Of a DNA stretch of 64,000 bases, positions 13,285 through 26,055 are shown one piece after another. Each line of letters opens with the position of its first letter. Within the stretch, counting starts at the first letter, position 1. The stretch is from Octopus vulgaris (taxonomy: Eukaryota). The notes below the pieces were generated by a model, which saw only the letters and a list, made by a program, of their open reading frames with translations, was not told the origin of the DNA and searched no databases. The position numbers were made by a program, and so were the translations under genes. The DNA lies in assembly GCA_951406725.2 (NCBI GenBank), contig OX597840.1:2294001-2358000 (forward strand), in the 5' to 3' direction.

Positions 13285-14195
13285 CACATCCATGCCAAAA
13301 ATTTGGTTTTACATTCATTGAGCGGCGTATTCAGAAAACATGGACTCTTTTGCAGCACGTTTGGTTTGCCAGATCCCATTGGTCAAACATTTACACAGGA
13401 TAATGACGTTCCCATTGAACCTGCTAATACAAGTACTTCAAATCACGAATAGCTTCAAGTGCTACACACTGTAATGGAGGATGATGCTGCAGTCGATAGA
13501 AGCCAACTAGAAAATGAAAACTGTTTCTATCTAGACGCCTCCGGTGGTTCTGAAAAAATATATCTTTACAATATGTTACAACGTCAACTTACTGCTAACG
13601 GAATTCTGTACGCATGGCAGCATGGACAGGGATTGCTGCTACATTATTGAAAATTGGCAAAACTATTCACAGCATCTTTAACTTACCAGTTCCACTTACA
13701 GAAAATAGTGTTTGCAATGTAACACCAGATTCAGAACATGCTACCGAACTTAGGTGCATGCAGTTTTTTATGGTAGATGAAGCATCAGTGATTCCCAGTT
13801 ATGTTTATAACGCCATAAATAGGAGCCTAAAAGACATAATGGGAAAAGATGCAGTCTTTGGAGGCAAAATAATTCAACTTGGAGGCGATTTCAAACAAAC
13901 TCTTCCAATTGTTCTCCGAGCTCCTCTAGCAGCTATCATTGATGCATGCATTAAAAGATCACATTTATAGTATCATTTTCATCACCTTAAATTAACTCAA
14001 AATATGAGGGCAGATGTTAATGAACAAGAATTTTCTAAGTAGCTACTTTTAATTGGCAATCGTTCCCTAAACAGTGTTCTCCAAGATGTTCCATTACATA
14101 ATGTTAGCGTACCTACTTCTTCCTGCTATCAAACATCACATGTTACAGAAATTTTCAACGACTGCACGCCAGAAGAAATGAAAAAGCGAATAAAT
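13285..14195 (+). pseudogene. Helitron PIF1-family helicase relic with stops and frameshifts
   Basis: Walker A relic FYLDASGGSEKIYLYN, then AAWTGIAATLL..GKTIHSIF, VDEASVI, FGGKIIQLGGDFKQTLPIV and KLTQNMRA. Confidence 0.9.
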
Positions 14196-14254
14196 CTAAA
14201 AAAGTCTGTCTGTCTTGCAACAAAGGAAAAAGTTCTGAATGTTATACCAGAGGC

Positions 14255-14375
14255 ACTTAAGACTTAGGTTACGCGGGTCTCTGGAGTGTTTTGCCACATG
14301 CACGTAAACTTCATGAGCAGCCTGTTCCGTTGATCGGATCAACTGGAGCCCTCGTCGTCGTACCATATGGAGGGC
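14255..14375 (+). mobile_element. Isolated SINE C 'tail 1' fragment
   Basis: GAGCAGCCTGTTCCGTTGATCGGATCAACTGGAGCCCTCGTCGTCGTA matches 40095-40150. Confidence 0.7.
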
Positions 14376-14602
14376 CATACATATATGTATAAATATTTCT
14401 GTTATATATAATGTATATTTCAATCCGAAAGGTTTTGTTATACGGTGCCGTATTTTACAATTCTGTAAATAATAATAATGGTATTTTTATATAAGCTTAA
14501 AGCTTATGGCGATGACCGTGCAATGATTAAGAAAAAGGGCATATAAGCCCTCGACAGAAGAAAGTAGGCTTTCCTATACGCATAGGATATGTGTGTGTGT
14601 GT

Positions 14603-14907
14603 GGAGGCGCAATGTCCCTGTGGTTAGGGTAGCAGACTCGCGGTCGTATGATCGCGGTTTCGATTCCCACACCGGGCGTTATGAGTGTTTATTGAGTGAG
14701 AACACCTAAAGCTCCACGAGGCTCTGACAGGGGATGGTGGTGATCCCTCCTCTACTCTTTCGCCACAACTATCTCTCAATCTTTCTTCTGTTGGCCTGCT
14801 CGCTTAGCCAGCGGGGTGGCATCATTTGAAGGCTAAAACAATGCTAAGCGCATTGTGACCAGCGACGTGTAGCAACATCTGATAGCCTGGTCGGTCACGT
14901 GATCACG
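14603..14907 (+). mobile_element. SINE family C with 'tail 2'
   Basis: tRNA-like head GGAGGCGCAATG..GTGGTTAGGG..TTCGATTCCC, shared body, tail ending CCTGGTCGGTCACGTGATCACG. Same structure as 44058-44364. Confidence 0.88.
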
Positions 14908-14972
<65 letters not shown>

Positions 14973-14977
<5 letters not shown>

Positions 14978-15784
14978 AATAAAATAAATTAAAGAAGAAA
15001 TAAAAATGACATAATTGTCTTGTATTCATGACATACTTAAATACATCAAATGCATTAAGGCATTCAGAACATATTAAAAGTATTATTTAAGAATACAATA
15101 GAAATAACAGATAAATGATATAAAAATATACACAGAAATAAACAAGAAAACATTTCATATACTGAGTGATATAACAAATATAAGAAAACCTTATTAAAAA
15201 TTAAAAATTCAAATTTTAGAATTACAAGTTAAAAGTAAGAAAGAATTCTATATGTGGAGTTATATAGCCAATATAAAAAAAAAGCCTTATAAATAATTAA
15301 GAATTAAAAATTTAGAATTAAAAATTAAAAATTACAAGTTAGAAATTACATCGACGGCTGTGAGAAATGCCGTAGAAATACCCTTACCTGTTATTATAAA
15401 CCATTATATATATTTTTTAGAATTCTTAAAAGAAATATATTTCTTTGACATTTAAATTTTTCATTAGGATTTCTCACTGCCGTCAATGTAATTTCTAACT
15501 TTTAATTTTTAATTTCTAATTCTAAATTTTTAATTTTTAATTTTTTAGTTTTTAATAAGGATTTTTTTAATATTGGCTATATAACTCCACATTTAGAATT
15601 CTTTCTTGTTTATTTTCATGTATATTCTTATTTCATTTCTCTCTTATTTCTATTCTATTCTTAAATGATAATGTTGATATGTTTTGAATTTCTTAATGTA
15701 TTTATTGTATTGTATTAATGTAGGTCATAAATACAAGATAATTGTCTAATTTTTGTTTCTTCTTTGAATTATATTATTTGCTAC
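14973..15784. repeat. Large imperfect AT-rich inverted repeat (arms ~14973-15368 and ~15469-15784)
   Basis: For example TGTGGAGTTATATAGCCAATAT versus ATATTGGCTATATAACTCCACA, and GTTAGAAATTACATCGACGGC versus GCCGTCAATGTAATTTCTAAC. Flanked by (TA)n tracts. Confidence 0.88.
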
Positions 15785-15853
15785 CTAGTATCTCGGATTC
15801 AGCCTAAGCACTTTGAAATAGTTCTATAATTTTTCTAAAGAAAAACTATATAA

Positions 15854-15909
<56 letters not shown>

Positions 15910-15928
15910 ATGTATGCATGTATACATA

Positions 15929-16049
<121 letters not shown>

Positions 16050-16087
16050 GAAAGAAGATTTGAAAATGCAATTTAAAAGATGTTTAT

Positions 16088-16132
16088 TTACTTTACCGGT
16101 TTCACTCTTTGGAAAAAGATTGTCAAAAGTAA
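16088..16132 (-). ncRNA. Minimal type-I hammerhead-like motif with U3-A8 core
   Basis: Minus strand: TTACTT-TTGACAA-TCTTT ttcc AAAGA gt-GAAA-CCGG-TA-AAGTAA. Perfect 6-bp stem I, palindromic stem III ACCGGT, GUA site. Confidence 0.65.
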
Positions 16133-16499
16133 CATGTGGAAGTTTGGTTGCGTTAATTATTGGTTGTTGCAAATTGCTACATTACATATATATACAGTCT
16201 TTGCTAACAGGGACATGTTAAGGACATACAAAAGTTCAACAAGTTCCTTAAAATATTGGGCACAAAAGATTACATAAATAATCGTTCTCAAGGACATACT
16301 TAAGATAGTTTCCAGAAGGAATTGATATTGGTACTGTATCTGTATATTCAAACATGCACAGAATATTGGTTGACACAGAGTACTATAATCCATATAAATA
16401 AACCCTCCTTCTTTCCTTCTTTCCTGAGCGTCCAAAAATACTATACTTGTTCCACGTCCTCGCGTTGTTGTGTTTTCATGTTTGGAATAACTTTATATA

Positions 16500-16558
<59 letters not shown>

Positions 16559-16571
16559 ATAGTAAATAGGC

Positions 16572-16646
16572 TCCCTACTGATGATTCTTGCTTTGGCAGA
16601 TAAATTCTGTTTGTTTGTAAAAATAGATGAAACCATCGGTCTAGGA
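16572..16646 (+). ncRNA. Type-I hammerhead-like motif (C3-G8 core, long stem II)
   Basis: CCTA-CTGATGA (16578-84)...GAAA (16629-32)-CC atc GG-TC-TAGG. GUC site at 16639-41, stem I CCTA/TAGG. Confidence 0.6.
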
Positions 16647-17314
16647 TATACCTGAGATGGTAAACGTTTTTAATTTTCATTCCTTTCAAGAATTTATCCC
16701 TTTTTGTGTATGTAGCACAGCGCTTCTTTATTTGGAAGCCCTTTATTGTATTTATATATATATATATCTTTATGCTTCTGGCTATTGCTGCTGCCGTTTT
16801 TTGATCTTCTTCTGTACTGTCTTGGTTATTTAACCCCACCTTCATAATTCAGCCATCATTCAAATTTATCATCATTCGTTTCATTAAAGACATCCATAAC
16901 AGAACATGCTCTGCCGTAGGCAAATTGATATATGAGACTTCACTTGCCCTTATTATGCATTCTGTAAAATATGAAAAGAGAGGACACTACGGAAGCAGTG
17001 AGATTTATCAATCGACAACAAAATCGATAGATGTGATAAACACAACGGGTGGTTTTCCTCCAAATTCTGATTTGAAGGAACTCCAACCAGTCTATGAAAT
17101 ATCAGATCTATGAGGAAAATCTTATAATCCAAGATCCTGCTGTCCATTTCAAACGTGAAATTCTTTATTGCCACCTTATCCATTTGGTCCTTATCTTAGT
17201 TGCGGTGGGGATGTAATTTAAGAGAGAATTCGCTATCATGTCTTGTAATGGGCCTGACTGCATAGAGAATTTCAGCTGATAGAGACTCTGGTAAGTCTGT
17301 GGACATTTTCGTTA

Positions 17315-17480
17315 GGCTCAGTCGTGGCTGCATAATGAGAGGTTTGTCTCGAAATCACGTGCTTCCAGGTTCGGTCCCACTGCATGGCACCTTGGACAAT
17401 TGTTCCTACGATGACCCTGTTTCAACATCACCTTTGTGAGTGGATTTGTCAGACAGAACCTAAAAGGAGCCTGTCGCATG
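17315..17480 (+). mobile_element. Degenerate SINE family A head
   Basis: GGTTCGGTCCCACTGCATGGCACCTTGGACAA...TTTGTGAGTGGATTTG. Confidence 0.7.
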
Positions 17481-17483
17481 TAC

Positions 17484-17519
<36 letters not shown>

Positions 17520-17725
17520 TGTTTGGTGAATTTCTGTAGAGAACTTTCTTTTCTTTGTAGTTAGATCGTATGTGATCTTCTTCTAGCATATTAGATGTCC
17601 ACTTAATGGTTATCCCCAAATATACGCATGTATTATAATTTTTTTCTGAATTTTCAGATTTTTCTATATACTAAGGCTACTGGTTTTAAATTTATCACCC
17701 TCGAAATTTAAATTATATATATATA

Positions 17726-17840
17726 TATTAATACACATATGAGAGGGAATCCCCTAAACTGGACGCCCTTACGCTAAAGACAGATCCGCTAGCGTAAGGG
17801 CGACCAGTTTAGTGGCTTCCCTCTCCTATGTGTATTAATA
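17726..17840. repeat. Hairpin inverted repeat (51-bp arms, 13-nt loop) inside a (TA)n insert
   Basis: 17726-17776 is the reverse complement of 17790-17840 with few mismatches. Confidence 0.9.
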
Positions 17841-17931
17841 ATACTTACTGAATCTCAGTTTTTTATGCGCTAAACCACTGGTGTTAAATTGATGTTACTA
17901 AATTAATATCCAATTTTTTCACCCTCATTTT

Positions 17932-18045
<114 letters not shown>

Positions 18046-18119
18046 AATATATATATAAATATATATGTATATATATAAATATATATGTATAATATGTATA
18101 TATATAATATATATGCGAT

Positions 18120-18164
<45 letters not shown>

Positions 18165-18302
18165 TATATATTTAATCAGCCGAAATTGCGAAGATGATCC
18201 GGTTCTTGACTGAAGATTGAAGACTTCGAATGTCCCGTCCGTGTTTTTTGTATCGTCTTCTAAATGTTTCACGTTCTTGTCCCAGTTTGTATTTTTTACA
18301 TT

Positions 18303-18390
<88 letters not shown>

Positions 18391-19282
18391 TATGTGGCCG
18401 GTGTGGTGGTGGAAGTTATGGTGGTTGTGGAGATGGTGGTGCTGCTGCTGCTGGTTATGGAGATGGTGGTAGTGTTATTGGAGATGATGGTGGTGGTGTT
18501 GGAGTTAGTGGTGGTGCAGTCGGCGGTAGCGATGTTGTTCATGATGCTGATGTTTGTGTTGGTGGCAAACGGCAAATGATGGTAGCGGTGGGGATGCCGA
18601 CGGTGCCTGCGGTGAAGGTGCATGTGACTCTGGCGCCGTCTGTCGGTTGGCGTGTTGATCGTTTAGGAGAAAGACATAATTCAGATTAGCAAGAAAAGGA
18701 GGTTTATCTCAGCAAAGCGATCAGCATCAGTATTTATACAAGGAGATTAGTCTCACCTAATGACTAATGAACGGGGTTAAACAAGTGCTTCGACACACAG
18801 ACAGGAAAAACAAACACTTTGCTACTAACTCCTACACATACCACACACACTCACATACACACACACACACACATATGCACACACACACAGATACATTCAC
18901 GCACACAGTTATACACACACATACACCAACACACTCCCATACAAAGACTTGAACTTTTACGCCTACGCACGCACAGACACTAACACAGGCAAACACTACA
19001 CGCAAAAATTGGCATCTATCTATATATATATATATATATATTAACATATATTAACATATATTAACATAGTGCACACACACACAGTTTATTTATATATCAT
19101 TATCTGTGTGTTTGTCTACTGTTATATTTATCGATTCATATATCTATCTATCTATTTATTTATTCTTCTACCACCTCCCGACATGTATGCATGTATGCAT
19201 GTATGTATCTATATATAGATAAATAGATATATAGATAGATAGATATATAGATAGATAGACAGATAGATAAATAGATAAATAG

Positions 19283-19360
<78 letters not shown>

Positions 19361-19535
19361 GGATAGATAGATAGATAGATAGATAACTAGATACACACAC
19401 GTGTATACTTATGCATGATAGATAGATATAGATAGATAGATATACTAAATTAGGAGAATGGAAATTTTTGGGTATCTTTTGGTATTAATTATACTCCATT
19501 ACACGTCTCTTATACATACGCATATATGTTGATAG

Positions 19536-19580
<45 letters not shown>

Positions 19581-20037
19581 ATGTGCGTGTGTGTGTGTGT
19601 GTGTGTGTGTGCTTGTGTGTGTGTGAGTATGTGTGTAAGAGTGCCTGTGTCGTAAGCAGCTTGATTGCCAACCACATGGAATTGTCTGTAATTAATACAG
19701 ATGTATTAATTTCTGCATTCATCTGAATGTCTAGGATATACACTCGATAAAATAATTCTCCCCCAGCGAAGCCAGGATTTACAATCGGAAGAGACGCAGT
19801 GGCATTGTTTAACTTACGTGCTCCTCACAATTGAATGCGGTCAGCCAGAACCGGATTATAACTGACTGATCAGACGGTACACGCGAGGATAATTTACCCT
19901 ATCTATTCATCACACACGCACATTTTATTGTTATTTTAATTTCAATTTTTCTATTATATGTAATTTTCTAGATGGTGTAATTTAATTTTTCATTTTGAAT
20001 TGATAAAACGTGTTTTTTTCCTAATTTTATATATAAC

Positions 20038-20385
20038 TGGGCGCCACTGCATAGTGCCAAGGACTCCACATTTGCCATCAAGATGTAGGACAAGATACTG
20101 TGATAGCCTGGGCTTCCGAGGTCCACAGCCCTTCAATATCCTCCCGAAGAACCTCAGAGACCTGCATGGGGTGGATGCAGATATCTTTAAAATAAAATTG
20201 GATCTCTTCTTGTCAGGTGTCCCAGATGAGGGCAGCTGCATCGAACTCTCTCATGCACCAAATGGCAATTGCTAAAAAGCATTCGTGAAGTAAAATCATG
20301 TAGCAACACCAAATGGTGGTGCCCCAGAATGGCCACAGCTTGTGAGCTGAAACTAGATAAAAATATAAAAAATAAAAAAAAATAC
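20038..20385 (+). mobile_element. CR1/L2-group LINE 3' end (ORF2 C-terminus, 3' UTR, A-rich tail)
   Basis: GRHCIVP...RGPQPFNILPKNLRDL..VDADIFKIKLDLFLSGVPDE. Homologous to 59745-60160. Confidence 0.8.
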
Positions 20386-20732
20386 ATATATATATATATA
20401 TATATATGTGTGTGTATATATATATACACACCTATACATACATACATAATTGTATGCATATGTATATATATGTATATATATACATAGCTATCTATACATA
20501 TGTATGTATGCATGTATGCATATATGTGTATGTATTATGTGTATATACGATGGGCTTCTTCCATCTACCGAATCCATTCACAAGACTTTGTTCGGCTTGA
20601 GGCTATACTAGAAGACATTTGCCCAAAGTGCCACGCACGCACAGATTGAGAGATATAGATACACAGAGAGATGAACAGGTATGCACACACCTGCGTGTGA
20701 GTGTTTGTGTGGTGAAATCAATAAGCACCAGT

Positions 20733-20867
<135 letters not shown>

Positions 20868-20876
20868 CATATATAC

Positions 20877-20917
<41 letters not shown>

Positions 20918-21039
20918 ATACACACACATCCACACATATACGCTTACACACACACACGCATACACACACACATATATATAGACTATAAACAAGCTGTATA
21001 TCCAACGTAAATAACGTAAGCGTATATATCGGTTAGTGC

Positions 21040-21083
<44 letters not shown>

Positions 21084-21781
21084 TTGTGTGTGCGTGAGTG
21101 AATGTGTGTGTCTGTGCGTAAGCGGGTTTCTGTCTGTACGTATGTGTGAGCAGGTGCTCCTATGTCCTTGAATGAGCGTATGCTAATGCGTATATGACGT
21201 GTTGCCGACATTTCCAAGGCGATATCGATGGCGTGTTTAAGAGTGTCACCATTTAATGCTAAGCAGACTTATTACTCTAATTACAAAGTGTGTGAACATA
21301 TATGCTTAATCCACACACACACACATAATATACATACGTGTGCGTGTGTATATACGTATGTTCGTCTGTGTGTATGTGTGTGTATATATTTCTGTGTGTA
21401 TGTACGTGTGTATTTGTAGATATACGTGTCTATGTATTGCGGTGGCTTGCGCTGTTTTGCGGGTGAAACAAAACCCACAAGCTAATAAAAAGAAGGAATA
21501 TAGACAAGTTTATTAACTATTATTGATTATCGATGACCGTACTTTACCTTTGTTTTCTCATCAGTGTTCGATGTACTATAAAAAGTAAACACACTGTATA
21601 CACGTCTAGGCTTCGAGGTCAGAAGAGTTAGTGTAAGTCAATGTACAACCGATATATTTATATATATATATATATATATATATTATTTATAGGGAAGGTT
21701 TACGAAAGAAACAAAAGACGAAGACAGGCGGTGTAGAAAACAAACAGATGTATTAGTATAACTCTCGGGAATTGAAAAAGT

Positions 21782-21819
21782 CATTTATGTTTCGAGCCTA
21801 CGCTCTTCTACAGAAAGAA
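21782..21819 (-). ncRNA. Decayed minimal hammerhead-like motif in a probable Penelope-like terminus (~21685-21850)
   Basis: Minus strand TTT-CTGTAGA-A-GAGC gtag GCTC-GAAA-CATA-AA. Same architecture as 42782-42814 but with core substitutions. Confidence 0.45.
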
Positions 21820-22084
21820 ACAAGGAGAGAAACAAGGAGAGAGAAAAGATGTGTGTAGTAGCTATGTATATACGTATATATGTATATTTATAATAACGAA
21901 GATGATGTGTGGATGGAAATATTTAAGCATGTATCGCAAGATATGTTTCTGTCACCACACGTTCATTTGTGAGGATATTTTCATGTTCATAGTATATAGG
22001 AATACTCACGAAGATAGAAATAACAGATGGTAACCTACAATAAGAAGTATTGGAGCTGTTAAGAGTGCATTGCTTTTATAACAA

Positions 22085-22202
22085 ATCGACACCAGGATTT
22101 ATTCTTTATATACCTAGTACTTATTCAAAGTTCCACTAAGTATTAGTTGGCAAGTGATGGTGGAGAGACAAACACAGACACAAATACATACATATATATA
22201 CG

Positions 22203-22274
<72 letters not shown>

Positions 22275-22440
22275 CGATGGGGCTTCTTTCAGTTTCTATC
22301 GACCAAATCCACTTACAAGGCTTTGGTCGGCCTGAGGCTATAGTAGAAGACACTTCCCGAGGTGCCACGCAATTAGGACTGAAGCTGGAACCATGTGCTT
22401 GGAAAGCAAGCTTTTTACCACTTAGTCAATCCTGCTCCTG
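22085..22440 (-). mobile_element. SINE family A, diverged
   Basis: Matches family A head and internal (CA)n tract. Confidence 0.8.
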
Positions 22441-22458
22441 TGTAGATAGATAGTGTGT

Positions 22459-22494
<36 letters not shown>

Positions 22495-22869
22495 GTAAGC
22501 GAGAGAAAGAGATAGAAATGTTTGTGTCTTAGTGTTTTTCACCCCCATCCTTGCTTGACAACCAGTGCTGGTTCCTTTCCGTCCCCGTTACTTATCGGTT
22601 CTACAATGGACATGCACATAATAAGTAATATTCTTAAAATAACAAGTACCACTCCCAATATATTTGGCTAAGCCTTTCAGCGTGGAGGCACACCATGGCC
22701 GCAGTCCAATGACGAAAAGAAGTAAAATCTAACAGATAAATGTCTCTGTTGTCGACGTGATTCGTGTAAGGTCTGGCAATGCCTTTGCAAAAAAACTGAG
22801 GCTACAGAAACTCAAAGTACCACATCAGTAGTACCTTGAGTTTGTCTAGCCATTTGCTCACGGTACCAA

Positions 22870-23272
22870 TTCACAAGGGGCTAAACACAGAGGGGACAAA
22901 CAAGGAGAGTCAAAGGGATTAAGTCGATTACATTAACCTCAGTGCGTAACTGGTACTTAATTTATCGACCCCGAAAGTATGAAAAGCAAAGTCGACCTCG
23001 GCGGAATTTGAACTGAGAACGTAACAGAAGACGAAATACCTATTTCTTTATTACCCACAAGGGGCTAAACATAGAGGGGACAAACAAGGACAGACATAGG
23101 TATTAAGTTGATTACTTCGACCCAGTGCGTAACTGGTACTTAATTTATCGACCCCGAAAGGATGAAAGGCAAAGTCGACCGCGGTAGAATTTGAACTCAG
23201 AACGTAACAGAAGACGAAATACCGCTAAGCATTTCGCCCGGCGCGCTAACGTTTCTGCCAGATCGCTGCCTT
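22870..23272 (-). mobile_element. SINE family B with two tandem bodies; older degenerate B bodies follow to ~23900
   Basis: CACAAGGGGCTAAACA.AGAGGGGACAAACAAGGA occurs twice; single head at ~23270. Confidence 0.88.
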
Positions 23273-24149
23273 ATCACGGTACCAATACAGTGTACTCGAA
23301 TCAGCTAAGCTTGTGTGAAGTACTTGGGTCGATAGAACTGACCATAACCTACTTTCCTGAAAAATAATTGGCCATAATTGAACCGACTTTTTATGTTCTC
23401 AGCTCAAATGACACGGGTGTCAATTTTGTCTTTCAAAAATGTAGGGCCAATAAAATAAAGTAACCTTTAATTCGAGTGGGGTTAATATAATTGCTCCAGC
23501 TGTTTACCTTCATAGTTTAAATATCATGGAGTTCAACTTTGTCCTTTTAGGTGCTATGGAATAAAGAACCGGTAAAGTATTCGGATCGATACAATCGACA
23601 ATAATTTCTCATAAAATTTATTGATATTTGTTCCGAAATTTTAGATTCTTAATTCAAATCCTACCGGGCTAAAATTTGCATTTTATCCTATCAGGGTCGA
23701 TTAAATTAAGTACCAGTCAAGTATAGGGACTGATGGAATCGACAATAACCGTTTTCAGTTCAAAATAACGTGGGGAAGATTATGTGTGGTAAATGTTGTG
23801 GTTCTCTATGTTATGAGTTCGAATCCTACCGAGGTTTGCAGTTAATCATTTCAGGATCGATAAAATAAAGTATTAGTCAAATCCTGAGATGGAATCGAAT
23901 ATAACACAGTCAATATTTTTAGTCAAAATAAATGGTTTTGTTCGTCAATAAGAAAGCAATATCTGTGCCCATTTTATAAAAGAAAAAGCCATATTGGAAT
24001 TCGTAGAAAACAAAAGGTGCTACCATAAGCGAACACACACACACAGACACACACGTACACAGACACACACACGAACGCTGGCACGTATACAGGCAAAAAC
24101 TCACACATGCACTCACATACACAAGTAAACACATGCGCATACATACATA

Positions 24150-24586
24150 CTCTTTACTCTTTACTCTTTTTACTTGTTTCAGTCATTTTTACTTGTTTCA
24201 GTCATTTTGACTGCGGCCATGCTGGAGCACCGCCTTTAGTCGAGCAAATCGACCCCAGGACTTATTCTTTGTAAGCCCAGTACTTATTCTATCGGTCTCT
24301 TTTGCCGAACCGCTAAGTAACGGGGACATGAACACACCAGCATCGGTTGTCAAGCAATGCTGGGGGAACAAACACAGACACACAAACACACACACATACA
24401 TACACATATATATATATACATATATACGACAGGCTTCTTTCAGTTTCCGTCTACCAAATCCACTTACAAGGCATTGGTCGGCCCGGGGCTATAGCAGAAG
24501 ACAGTTGCCCAAGATGCCACGCAGTGGGACTGAACCCGGAACAATGTGGTTGGTTAGCAAGCTACATACCACACAGCCACTCCTAC

Positions 24587-24639
<53 letters not shown>

Positions 24640-24804
24640 TACGACGGGCTTCTTTCAGTTTCCGTCTACCAAATCCACTCACAAGGCATTGGTCGGCCCG
24701 GGGCTATAGCAGAAGACACTTGCCCAAGATGCCACGCAGTGGGACTGAACCCGGAACCATGTGGTTGGTTAGCAAGCTACTTACCACACAGCCACTCCTG
24801 CGCC
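24150..24804 (-). mobile_element. SINE family A with tandemly duplicated head module
   Basis: Head module present at ~24425-24588 and again at ~24640-24804, separated by (TA)n. Confidence 0.92.
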
Positions 24805-25395
24805 ATACGTAGATTTCGTTCTTCTTTTTTACGCAAAAAATAAAATGGAGTTAATAACATACGTTATTAAAATACCGCGTCTTCTTTTGACTCAATTCAA
24901 AAACTCATTTTGATAATACTCCCTCGCCCACGATTATATTAATGGCTAAAAATAATCGATTCTCGCAAATCATTTAATTAATTAATTAACTATTAATGGA
25001 TTAATTATACAATTATATAATAATTTATTTATGTATTTTATTTTTCCTTTACTAGACCGCTATTAAAACAATTTAGGCAAAATAAAAGAGTTTTATAAAT
25101 TAGATGTATTATATCAACTAGGCAACATAAGTTTCTTTCATAAAAATTTATTATATTTTAAAAAGTGCCAAGTTTTATTTCTTTATTTATATAATTATTT
25201 ATTTATTGTTGAATATTCATATTATGCCATTATTATAGACGAAACGGGGAAATTTTATAAAGGTATGTCGCCATTGGTCCTCCACCACCACCACCACCAC
25301 CATCATCACTATCACCATCACCATAATTACAAATACAACTACTAATTTTTCTACTATTAATGCAAACAATAATAATAATAATAATGATAATAATG

Positions 25396-25430
<35 letters not shown>

Positions 25431-25431
25431 C

Positions 25432-25856
25432 TTTTCTACTATAGGCGCAAGGCTTGAAATTTTGAGGGAGAGGACCAGTCGCTTACATTGACCGCAGGTC
25501 TCAGCTAGTACTTATTTTATCGAACTCGAAAGGAAAAAAGACGAATCGACCTCGGCAGAATTTGAACTCGGAACGTAGCGTCAGACGAAATAACGCGAAG
25601 CATTTCAACTGGCGTGCTAACGGTTCTGCCAGCTCTTAATAATAATAATAATAACAGTAATTCTTTCTACCGGGGGCACAAGGCCTCAAATTTTGGGGGA
25701 AGGGATTAAGTCGATTACATAGGCCCCAGTGCGTAACTGGTACTTATCTACTCGACCACGAAAGGATGAAAGTCAAAGTCGACCTCGGCAGAATTTGAAC
25801 TCAAACCATAAAGACAGACGAAATGTCGTTAAGGATTTCACCTGGCATGCTAGCTC
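25432..25856 (-). mobile_element. Two SINE family B variants with (AAT)n tails
   Basis: GACCTCGGCAGAATTTGAACTC occurs twice; flanking (AAT)n. Confidence 0.8.
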
Positions 25857-25865
25857 ACCATCAAT

Positions 25866-25867
<2 letters not shown>

Positions 25868-25939
<72 letters not shown>

Positions 25940-25973
25940 TATAATAAAAATAATAATAATAATAATAATAATG

Positions 25974-26050
<77 letters not shown>
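25868..26050. repeat. (AAT)n microsatellite, followed by purine-rich low-complexity DNA to ~26420
   Basis: Direct reading. Confidence 0.95.

Positions 26051-26055
<5 letters not shown>

Noticed and set aside
13614-13970. Cellular PIF1 helicase gene
   Set aside because: Intronless, with multiple stops and frameshifts, a broken Walker A motif and Helitron-type motifs; it is a transposon relic.
18175-18300. CTGAAGA-containing insert in (TA)n as a hammerhead
   Set aside because: GAAA and stems I/III are not in the right arrangement; possibly a truncated element terminus.
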